Assembly (NCBI GenBank): GCA_964582645.1
Contig: CAZOTB010000007.1
Coordinates: forward strand, 7,940-71,939
Direction of reading: 5' to 3'
Source of the DNA: an uncultured Verrucomicrobiota bacterium
Lineage (GTDB): Bacteria; Verrucomicrobiota; Verrucomicrobiia; Palsa-1439; CAZOTB01
DNA: 64,000 bases
The first letter of the stretch is position 1. Every line of letters begins with the position of its first letter. The position numbers and the translations under genes were made by a program. The notes under the pieces are model-generated. The model saw only the letters and a list, made by a program, of their open reading frames with translations. It was not told where the DNA came from and searched no databases. This document shows positions 18,451 through 26,311 of the stretch, one piece after another.

Positions 18451-19259
18451 AAACCGCCATCGTTGCCGACGCCAAACCATACAGCGCCGAAGAGACCGCC
18501 CGGATCAAGGCGGAGTTCCATCGCGACGGCTACCGGATCATTCGCGGACTGCTCACGTCGGGCGAGGTCATCGCGCTGCGTGAGGCCGTGGACCGTGTGT
18601 TCGCCGATCCGGTGAAGTCAAAAGACCCTTACAAATGTTACAGCCCGTTCATCGCGGTGCGCCTGTTCGAGGACGATCCCGTGTTCGAGGATCTGCCCAC
18701 GCGCGAGCCGATCATCAGCCTCGTGGAGGAAATCCTGGGGAAGAATTGCCACCTGGTGGCCAACAACATCGTCCGCAACGCGCCCGGTCAGGCCATTGAC
18801 AACTTCCACGCCGACGAACTGGTGTTTTTCCCGTTGCCCGACGGCATCGCGCGTCACGATCCGCGAATCACGATGCCGGTCCTGATGTTGACGGTGCAGA
18901 TTCTCCTGACCGACGTGCCTTCGATGGAGTATGGCCCGACCGAGTTTGTGCCCGGCAGCCATTACTCGGGACGCCAGCCCAACGATCCCAAGCAGCCGAC
19001 GTTTGAGGGACGCGGCCCCGTGGCGCTGCTGGGGAACGCGGGAGACATCTATCTGCACAACGGCCAATGCTGGCATCGCGGCGCGCCGAACACATCGAGT
19101 CAGACGCGGTACTTGTTGCAGCTCGCGTATGGGATGCGGTTCATCTCGCAGCGGTTCTATCCGTTCGTGAACTACCAACTCCCCGCCCATGTCCTCGCCC
19201 GGGCCGATGAACGTCGCAAGCGCGTGTTGGGATTCCATCCGAAGGGCGCGTACGGGTGA
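18447..19259 (+). CDS. Phytanoyl-CoA dioxygenase (PhyH) family protein
   Basis: ATGA overlap with the upstream gene. FHRDGYRII, FHADE (HxD), GPTEFVPGSH, CWHRG, distal Arg (TRYLLQ). Confidence 0.88.
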   Translation: MKTAIVADAKPYSAEETARIKAEFHRDGYRIIRGLLTSGEVIALREAVDRVFADPVKSKDPYKCYSPFIAVRLFEDDPVFEDLPTREPIISLVEEILGKNCHLVANNIVRNAPGQAIDNFHADELVFFPLPDGIARHDPRITMPVLMLTVQILLTDVPSMEYGPTEFVPGSHYSGRQPNDPKQPTFEGRGPVALLGNAGDIYLHNGQCWHRGAPNTSSQTRYLLQLAYGMRFISQRFYPFVNYQLPAHVLARADERRKRVLGFHPKGAYG

Positions 19260-19263
19260 AGCT

Positions 19264-19333
19264 CGTAGCCGCGAGCGTAAGCGAGTGGCCCCGGCAACCA
19301 GGCGCTCTCCGCTCGCTTACGCTCGCGGCTACG
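19264..19333. repeat. REPIN-like inverted repeat, family B, between convergent PhyH and dnaE
   Basis: 22-bp perfect arms CGTAGCCGCGAGCGTAAGCGAG / CTCGCTTACGCTCGCGGCTACG. Contains the dnaE TAG stop (19329-19331). Confidence 0.9.
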
Positions 19334-22300
19334 CCGCCTTCTCCCGCGCGAAGCCACCGTTGAACTGCCGACGCTCGGGCTTGGGCATCGCGGTGTCGGC
19401 TTTGACGAACACCGTCTCCTCGCCGAGTAACGCCTCGATTTCGCGGATGAACTCCGCGGTGGGCGCGATGCAGAAATGCTGGTTCGTGTCGAGGAACACC
19501 AGCTCGCCGCTCGGGTACTCGATCACCAGGAGCACCGGCGTTCGTCCGCCATGCTTTTCGAGGACGGCACTCAACTCCTGCAACGTTGCCTCGGTTGTGT
19601 GCGCGGCCTGGAGGCGGACGTGGACCTGTTTGGTCTGCCGCACGCGCACTTCCTGGATCGGCAGGATTTCCTGTGCGGCGATCTTGGGCTTTTCATCGCG
19701 CGAATTCATGCTGCCGCACACGTACACGGCGGCGTCGGTCTGGAGATGCTTGCCGTACTTGGCGTAACAATCCGGGAAGGCCACGACCTCGATCGAGCCT
19801 TCCATGTCTTCCAGAATGAACGAGGCCATCGGCTTCTGCTCGGCCTTGGTGACTGTGTTCCGTAAGGCGGTGACAATCCCGCCCGCACGGACCATCTGCC
19901 GGTCGGTCAGTTCGAGCGCCTTCGAGGTGGGCGTGAGTTCGTAGCGTTCGAGGATGTCGCCATGCTGCGCCAACGGATGGCCGGTGACGTAGAATCCAAG
20001 CAGTTCTTTCTCGAACGCCAGCCGCTGGCTCGCCGGCCACTCGGGCACGTGGGGGGCCTTCGATGGCGGCGGCGCGGGTTCGGAGTCGAATGCGCCGAAC
20101 AACGACACCTGTCCGCGTGCTTTGTCCTGTTGCACGCTGGCCGCGCGGCCGAGCACGTGATCAATGGTCGCGGCCATTTGAGCGCGCGATTGCCCGAGCG
20201 AGTCGAACGCACCGCACTTGATGAGGCATTCCACGACTTTCCGGTTGCAGAGTCGCGTATCCACCCGCTCGGCGAAATCATACAGCGTCTTGAACCGCCC
20301 GGCCTTTGCGCGCGCATCGAGGATGGATTGCACGGCCATCTCGCCCACGCCTTTGATGGCGGCGAGGCCGAAGCGGATGGCGCGGAGCGCGTTATTAGTT
20401 GTTGGTAATTGGTTATGGGTCGAATTGGTCGTCGAGTCACCAGTGACCAATGACTGATTACCAGTAACTGCCGTTTCAACCGTGAATCGGATGCCGCTCG
20501 TGTTCACGTCCGGCGGCAGCACTTCAAGCCCCATCGCACGAGATTCGCGGATGAACAACGCGAGCTTGTCGGTGTTGCTCAGATCGTTCGACATCAACGC
20601 GGCCATGAACTCCACCGGATAATTCGCCTTGAGATAGGCGGTCTGATACGCAACGACCGCGTAGGCGGCAGCGTGCGATTTGTTGAATCCGTACCCGGCA
20701 AACTTTTCGAGCAGATCGAAGATCGCGTTGGCTTTCTCCCTGGGGATCTTGTTCTTCTCCCAGCAGCCCTTGAGGAACGTCTCCCGTTGCTTGGCCATCT
20801 CCTCGACCTTCTTTTTGCCCATCGCGCGACGCAGCAGGTCTGCTCCGCCGAGCGTGTAGCCCGCAAGCGCCTGGGCGGCCTGCATGACCTGCTCCTGGTA
20901 GATCATGATGCCGTAGGTCTCACGACAGATCGATTCGAGAAGCGGATGCTCGTACTCGATCTTTTTCCGACCGTGGCGCCGCTCGATGTAGTCGGGAATC
21001 AGGTCGATCGGCCCGGGACGGTAGAGCGCGATCAACGCGATGATGTGTTCGAGGCTGCTGATCTGGAATTTCCGGCACAGGTCGCGCATGCCACCGGACT
21101 CAAGCTGGAACAGGCCGATCGTGTTTGCCTTGTTGAGCAGGTCGTACGTCGGCGCGTCGTCGAGCGGAAGATTGTGGATGTCCACGTCCACGCCCTGCGT
21201 TTGCTTGACCAATTTGACCGTCTCGTCAATCACGGTGAACGTCTTCAACCCGAGGAAGTCCATCTTCAACAGGCCGAGGTCGCCGACCGGGTTCATCGCG
21301 TATTGCGTGACCAGGCCGCCGTTTTCATCCTTCTGGAGCGGGAGCAGTTCCACGAGCGGTTGCGCGCCGATCACGACCCCGGCGGCGTGTGTGCTCGCGT
21401 TGCGCGAGATGTCCTCGAGCACGAACGCGGTGTCAATCAGGTCCGTGACGGTCTGGTTGCTCCGGTATTCCTTCTGGAGCTCGGGGACCTGCTCGAGCGC
21501 CTTGTGGAGTGTGATCTTGGGATCGTTGGGAATCATCTTGGCGAGCCGGTCGGCCTCGCTGAAGCTCAGACCCATCACGCGCGCCACGTCGCGCACCACG
21601 GCTTTTGGCCCGAGCGTACCAAAGGTGATGATTTGCGCGACATTCGCTTCGCCATATTTCTTGCGCACGTACTCGATGACTTCGCCGCGTCGGTCGTCGG
21701 CAAGGTCAATGTCAATGTCGGGCGGGCTGATGCGTTCGGGATTCAGGAATCGCTCGAAGAGCAGGCCATACCGGAGCGGGTCCACAACGGAGATTTCCAG
21801 CAGATACGTCACGAGCGAGCCCGCTGCCGAGCCACGGCAACCCACCGCGATGCCGTTGCGTTTGGCGAAGCTGACGAAATCGGCGACGATCAGGAAGTAA
21901 CTGACGAACCCTTGTTTCTCGATGACTCTAAGTTCGTGCTCCATCTGCTCGACGACCTTGCGCTGGGACTCCGGGAGCGTTGATTTCCAATCAGCTATAT
22001 CAGCCAGCGTTGGGCCCAGACGAGCAGGGCAATGAGCGTGGGAGGCCGACTCCGTCGGGCGACCATGAGTTTCAGTTGTCTGATCGAGGTCGCCCGACGG
22101 AGTCGGCCTCCCACAGTCCCGGCCTGGCGTGGTACGATCCAAAATGCCTTCGGTCTCGATGCCATATCGCTTCTTGAGGCCGATGAGACACTGATGAATC
22201 AAGTAGCCTTCGCGCGAGAACCCGGTGGGCGGATCGAAGACGGGAAAACGCAGTTTCCCGAACTCGAGATTGAGGCTGCATTTCTCCGCGATGGCGATGG

Positions 22301-23102
22301 TGTTGCTGACCGCGTCCGGCACTTCCGCGAACAGCGCCTTCATCTCCTCCGCAGACCGCAGGTAGAACTGCTGCTCGACGTACTTCATCCGCTTCTCGTC
22401 TGCCAGTGTGGTCTGCGTGCCGATGCACACGAGGCAGTCGTGCGCGTGCGAGTGATTCTTGTCGAGGTAATGCACGTCATTGGTTGCGACCATCGGCATG
22501 TGGAACTCGCGCGCCCACTGGATCAGGTGACGGTTCACCTCGCGTTGCGCCGGGATGCCATGGTTCTGCAACTCGAGATAGAAATCGCCCGGCTCGAAGA
22601 TGTGCCGGAACTGGTCGAGAGCATTCCTGGCCTGATCGAGCATGCCGTTGGTGATCTTCTGCGGCACCTCGCCCTTGAGACACGACGAGAATCCGATCAG
22701 CCCCTTCGCGTGTTGCGCCAGGAGTTCCTTGTCTATGCGCGGCTTGTAGTAGAATCCTTCGAGGTGGGCCGCGGTGACGAGTTTGATGAGATTGCGATAG
22801 CCGGTATCGTCCTTGGCGAGCAGGAGCAGGTGGTTGTACGCGTCGCGTCCGCTGGTCGCTTTCCGTTCCCGTCGGTCTCCCGGCGCGATGTAGGTCTCGC
22901 AGCCGATGATCGGATTGACGCCCTCCTTGCGCGCCGCTTGAAAGAAATCAATCGCGCCATGCAGCACCCCGTGGTCGGTGATAGCCAACGCGGGAAACTT
23001 CAGCTTCGCCGCCTTTTCGACGAGCTTGTCCACGCGGCACGCGCCATCGAGCAGGCTGTACTCGGTGTGAACGTGCAGGTGGACGAAGTCCGCGTGTTGC
23101 AT
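19329..23102 (-). CDS. dnaE: DNA polymerase III alpha subunit with two repeat-derived in-frame insertions
   Basis: PHP domain HLHVHTEYSLLDGA, GCRGSAAGS, catalytic PDIDID, KMDFLGL, YQEQVM, FNKSHA, HhH GLAAIKGVG, OB fold. Confidence 0.97.
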   Translation of the reverse strand: MQHADFVHLHVHTEYSLLDGACRVDKLVEKAAKLKFPALAITDHGVLHGAIDFFQAARKEGVNPIIGCETYIAPGDRRERKATSGRDAYNHLLLLAKDDTGYRNLIKLVTAAHLEGFYYKPRIDKELLAQHAKGLIGFSSCLKGEVPQKITNGMLDQARNALDQFRHIFEPGDFYLELQNHGIPAQREVNRHLIQWAREFHMPMVATNDVHYLDKNHSHAHDCLVCIGTQTTLADEKRMKYVEQQFYLRSAEEMKALFAEVPDAVSNTIAIAEKCSLNLEFGKLRFPVFDPPTGFSREGYLIHQCLIGLKKRYGIETEGILDRTTPGRDCGRPTPSGDLDQTTETHGRPTESASHAHCPARLGPTLADIADWKSTLPESQRKVVEQMEHELRVIEKQGFVSYFLIVADFVSFAKRNGIAVGCRGSAAGSLVTYLLEISVVDPLRYGLLFERFLNPERISPPDIDIDLADDRRGEVIEYVRKKYGEANVAQIITFGTLGPKAVVRDVARVMGLSFSEADRLAKMIPNDPKITLHKALEQVPELQKEYRSNQTVTDLIDTAFVLEDISRNASTHAAGVVIGAQPLVELLPLQKDENGGLVTQYAMNPVGDLGLLKMDFLGLKTFTVIDETVKLVKQTQGVDVDIHNLPLDDAPTYDLLNKANTIGLFQLESGGMRDLCRKFQISSLEHIIALIALYRPGPIDLIPDYIERRHGRKKIEYEHPLLESICRETYGIMIYQEQVMQAAQALAGYTLGGADLLRRAMGKKKVEEMAKQRETFLKGCWEKNKIPREKANAIFDLLEKFAGYGFNKSHAAAYAVVAYQTAYLKANYPVEFMAALMSNDLSNTDKLALFIRESRAMGLEVLPPDVNTSGIRFTVETAVTGNQSLVTGDSTTNSTHNQLPTTNNALRAIRFGLAAIKGVGEMAVQSILDARAKAGRFKTLYDFAERVDTRLCNRKVVECLIKCGAFDSLGQSRAQMAATIDHVLGRAASVQQDKARGQVSLFGAFDSEPAPPPSKAPHVPEWPASQRLAFEKELLGFYVTGHPLAQHGDILERYELTPTSKALELTDRQMVRAGGIVTALRNTVTKAEQKPMASFILEDMEGSIEVVAFPDCYAKYGKHLQTDAAVYVCGSMNSRDEKPKIAAQEILPIQEVRVRQTKQVHVRLQAAHTTEATLQELSAVLEKHGGRTPVLLVIEYPSGELVFLDTNQHFCIAPTAEFIREIEALLGEETVFVKADTAMPKPERRQFNGGFAREKAA
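20391..20468. repeat. AT-rich heptamer palindromic tract in frame inside dnaE
   Basis: GTTATTAGTTGTTGGTAATTGGTTATGGG ... CAGTGACCAATGACTGATTACCAGTAAC encodes VTGNQSLVTGDSTTNSTHNQLPTTNN. Confidence 0.7.
22038..22114. repeat. REPIN-like inverted repeat, family C (GTGGGAGG...), in frame inside dnaE
   Basis: 27-bp perfect arms GTGGGAGGCCGACTCCGTCGGGCGACC / GGTCGCCCGACGGAGTCGGCCTCCCAC with a 23-bp spacer. Confidence 0.9.
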
Positions 23103-23215
23103 GACGGATTAAAAGCGCGAGCAAAAAGCGGAGGCAAGATTTTTCGCCGGGAAGTTATTCACCTTGATTCCACCGTGCTTGAGTTTCGAGCTTCATTCGG
23201 GTACAGGAAATCCCG

Positions 23216-24688
23216 ATGAGCACAACAAATTACCAATCTTACAAGGGCATTCCATCCATCGCGGGCGTTTGCTCGATGGCCGATGCGATGAAGCCCGGGT
23301 TGTCGGTTGAGGAATGCGTGCGACGGCACAAACGCTACCACTGGGCGTTTCGACGGCTGCACGAGATTTTCACCGCGCGCATCCCCGCGGAGCCGATTTA
23401 TGAGTTGAAGATGGCGTTCAGTCTGCACGCGCATCTCTGCGCCGAACACACCGCCGCCCTCCGGAAACGCGTCGGCGAGATGCGCGAGCCGCCGCTTGGG
23501 TTGGAAGAATGTCCCGATGCAAACCTCGACGTCTTCTTTGACGAGATCCTCTGCGCTCCGACGACTGAGGAGCTAGTGCTCGGCCTGTACGAGAAGGCGG
23601 TACCGGCCTTGCAGGCCGGCCTCGAGCGACACCTCGCCGACACGAACCGATTGGCGGACCATCCGTCGGTGCGGGTGTGCCGATTCGCATTGATGGAACT
23701 GGCGGAAGTGGCCGACTTCGGGAGGAAAACGATCCAGTGCCTCGTGGATGCGAAGACGCGCCAGCGGGTCGCCGGCTGGCTGCAGTTGCTGGATGATTGT
23801 CTGGCTGCCGCCGGCGGGCTCGATGGTGTGGCGGCCGCCGTCCCCGGCGGCAATGGGCGCTCCGCCGCCGGGACGGCCGCCACCGCAACCCGCACGATTG
23901 TTCGCCAGCATTCCGCCACACCCTACAAGTTCGACGGCACGCCAAAGCGCGACGAACGTTTTCCCGACCCGTACAACATGGGGGTGAACGCGGAGACGTT
24001 CCTCTACACACCGGAGTTCTCGCCCCGGGCGAAAACGCTGATGATGTTCTACAAGCGCATCCGGGAGATTGACGTGCCCGAGATGATGGCCAGCATCCTC
24101 ACCGAGACCAAGGGCAAGCCGTGGGAGTACTACCGGGAAATGACACGCCAGCTTTGGGACGAAGCGCGGCACGGCATGATGGGGGAGGTGGGGTTTGTGG
24201 CGTCGGGAGTGGATTGGCGCAAGGTGATGATCAATTTCACCTGGTCGCTGGGTTTGAACACGCAACTCAAACCATGGGAGCGTCATGCGGTGCTCTATTT
24301 CATCGAACAAGGCCTGATGCCCAAAACGGGCAAGCGGTACGAATGGGAGACGGCGGTGGCCTCGCAGAACCCGCTCTCGGCGTTATTTCAGGACTACGAT
24401 TGGGCGGACGAGGTGTTGCACGCGCAGATCGGGCGGACGTGGTACGTGCCGGAGTTCAAGAGCACGCAGGAGGCGCTCAAGTACGGCGACGAATGCTGGT
24501 CGAAGGTGTTGAGCAACTGGCGCGGGTGGAAAGAGGCTGGGCTGACGCAGCATCGCAACTGGTGGCCGGATGTGTATCGCGACGCGTGCAAGGTCTGGGG
24601 CATCGAACCCGACCCGAAGGAGCTTGCATTCAACCAGACGTACGAAACGACGCGCGCCGACTTGAAGCAGATGACCGGCTCGGCGTGA
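23216..24688 (+). CDS. Ferritin-like (DUF455-like) protein, probable di-iron domain
   Basis: C-terminal half has EIDVPE, WDEARH and DWADEVLH (two D/ExxH motifs). N-terminal half is helical with HAHLCAEH. Confidence 0.7.
   Translation: MSTTNYQSYKGIPSIAGVCSMADAMKPGLSVEECVRRHKRYHWAFRRLHEIFTARIPAEPIYELKMAFSLHAHLCAEHTAALRKRVGEMREPPLGLEECPDANLDVFFDEILCAPTTEELVLGLYEKAVPALQAGLERHLADTNRLADHPSVRVCRFALMELAEVADFGRKTIQCLVDAKTRQRVAGWLQLLDDCLAAAGGLDGVAAAVPGGNGRSAAGTAATATRTIVRQHSATPYKFDGTPKRDERFPDPYNMGVNAETFLYTPEFSPRAKTLMMFYKRIREIDVPEMMASILTETKGKPWEYYREMTRQLWDEARHGMMGEVGFVASGVDWRKVMINFTWSLGLNTQLKPWERHAVLYFIEQGLMPKTGKRYEWETAVASQNPLSALFQDYDWADEVLHAQIGRTWYVPEFKSTQEALKYGDECWSKVLSNWRGWKEAGLTQHRNWWPDVYRDACKVWGIEPDPKELAFNQTYETTRADLKQMTGSA
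23828..23883. repeat. GTGG-type REPIN-like palindrome, family D, in frame inside the ferritin-like gene
   Basis: GTGGCGGCCGCCGTCCCCGGCGGC ... GCCGCCGGGACGGCCGCCAC encodes VAAAVPGGNGRSAAGTAAT in the inter-domain linker. Confidence 0.65.
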
Positions 24689-24704
24689 GCAGCCGAGGTG
24701 GTGA

Positions 24705-25445
24705 CTACTTCTGCTGTGCCGTCTTGATGTGGGCGCCGATGTTCGACACGGTGTCCACCCAGATTTCATCCGAATCGGTCAGGTGACGACAGAGGCGCGT
24801 GAGGACGTTCTTCGAGATAGATTGGCGACGGCTCGGCCCCATCTCATGGCTTACCAGGATCAGCCACCCTCCCCGTTTCAGCGTGCTGTCAATCCAGTCC
24901 TTTAGGTAGCCGAACGGTTTGCAGTCGGAGTCCACACCCATCGCTTGTGCCAGATCACAGACGGTCGGATCGTTCGCAGTCTCATCCGGGAATCCACGCC
25001 CGACGAGGAAATGCTTTGCCACGAGCGGGACGTAGCTCAGCAGCCCGAGCCCCCGGCCGACGTATTTCTGTCCGCACGGATAGGCGAACGACCGCGCTGT
25101 GACGCCGAGGAGTTTCTGAATCATCGCATTCGCCTCGATCAACTCGAACTCCATCTGCTCAATGGTGTAATCCTCCAACACATGGCTGGCGCCCCAGCCA
25201 AAGTTGGCTGTGCAGGGGTGATGAACGCTGTGGTTGCCGACCTCGTGTCCCGCGCGGACTGCCTCCCGCCAACCATCCAGTCGCTGCTGCATCGCATGGA
25301 AGCTCACGTAGAACGTGCCACGAATGCCGAACTTGGTCAGAATGGGAATACCGGTATCAATCTGCGACAATCGCGCGTCGTCGAATGTCAGACTCACCGC
25401 CGCCTTCTTTCCGCGGGGCCATCGGAATCGTTTGCATGATTTCAC
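24705..25445 (-). CDS. Polysaccharide deacetylase (CE4/NodB-like) family protein
   Basis: AVSLTFDD, HEVGNHSVHH, FAYPCG. Confidence 0.88.
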   Translation of the reverse strand: MKSCKRFRWPRGKKAAVSLTFDDARLSQIDTGIPILTKFGIRGTFYVSFHAMQQRLDGWREAVRAGHEVGNHSVHHPCTANFGWGASHVLEDYTIEQMEFELIEANAMIQKLLGVTARSFAYPCGQKYVGRGLGLLSYVPLVAKHFLVGRGFPDETANDPTVCDLAQAMGVDSDCKPFGYLKDWIDSTLKRGGWLILVSHEMGPSRRQSISKNVLTRLCRHLTDSDEIWVDTVSNIGAHIKTAQQK

Positions 25446-25461
25446 GAATCCTCTCCGCAGG

Positions 25462-26304
25462 CTACAGCTTCACAAACTTACCCAATGCCTTCTTGTTGAA
25501 CGCGACATCGAGCGCCCGGAACAGTGCGAGGGTTTCTGCGCGCGGCACGCTTTCCTTGCGCGTCTCGAAGAAGGTGAAAATCCGACGCAACAACTCGTGG
25601 AAGAACGGATCCTTCTGGCAGCTCACGTGCACGGCCTTCGCATCGCTGACGAGCATCGCCTGAAATTCGCACGCGCAGCCCGTGTGCAAGAACACGTTCG
25701 CCGTGCGTCCGCCTCCGAAGCGAAGGATCAGTTGGTGGTGCGCCCCGTCGGCGAGACGCATCACCGCCTTGACGTCGTCTCCCATCACGCTGATCGCCAT
25801 CTCGAGCGGATGGACGATGTATTCCTCGAAGCTGCCCCCGCCTGCAAAAGTTTGAAGGTGACGCACTTTGTCCCGGCCGAGTTCTGCCGCGGCATTGGTC
25901 AGACTGGACGCGCAACGCAGCGCCGAGGTCGAAATCACCGGCACGTGATGTTTATCCGCCAGCTCGAAGATCTGCTTTGCGACCCGGAAGCTCGGCGCGA
26001 AAGTCTTGTCCACGTACGTGGGCTTGCCGATCGGAAACGCCTTCCGGCAAAGCGCCAGGTGCGTCTCCGGGTTCGAAGGCGCAAGGATCATGATGCCGTG
26101 GCAATCGGACATCTCGCGCGGGTCGGCCACGTACTGGATTCTCTTCTCCGCCGCCCACTTCCGCCCGCCCACTTCGTCCAGGGCCCAGCACTTCGCGACT
26201 TCCCAGCCGCAATGCTTGAACGCGGGTTCGTCACGGAGCAGGTGCAGGAAATGGTTGGCGTGCCAGTTGTCGAGTTTATAGTCAACGAAACCGATTCGTT
26301 TCAT
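25462..26304 (-). CDS. Gfo/Idh/MocA-like oxidoreductase (divergent)
   Basis: MKRIGFVDYKLDNWHANH, GIMILAP..PETHL, GKPTYVDKTFA, ISTSALR, YIVHPLE. Confidence 0.7.
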   Translation of the reverse strand: MKRIGFVDYKLDNWHANHFLHLLRDEPAFKHCGWEVAKCWALDEVGGRKWAAEKRIQYVADPREMSDCHGIMILAPSNPETHLALCRKAFPIGKPTYVDKTFAPSFRVAKQIFELADKHHVPVISTSALRCASSLTNAAAELGRDKVRHLQTFAGGGSFEEYIVHPLEMAISVMGDDVKAVMRLADGAHHQLILRFGGGRTANVFLHTGCACEFQAMLVSDAKAVHVSCQKDPFFHELLRRIFTFFETRKESVPRAETLALFRALDVAFNKKALGKFVKL

Positions 26305-26311
26305 AAAGGTG

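Noticed and set aside
17016-19259. 747-aa ORF in the track
   Set aside because: Only the last 270 aa (from ATG 18447) are a PhyH protein. The rest overlaps fucI and the propeller gene out of frame.
19329-23102. Intein in DnaE
   Set aside because: The insertions are only about 25-50 aa, lack C/S1 and HN-C/S/T splice motifs, and are explained by DNA repeats.
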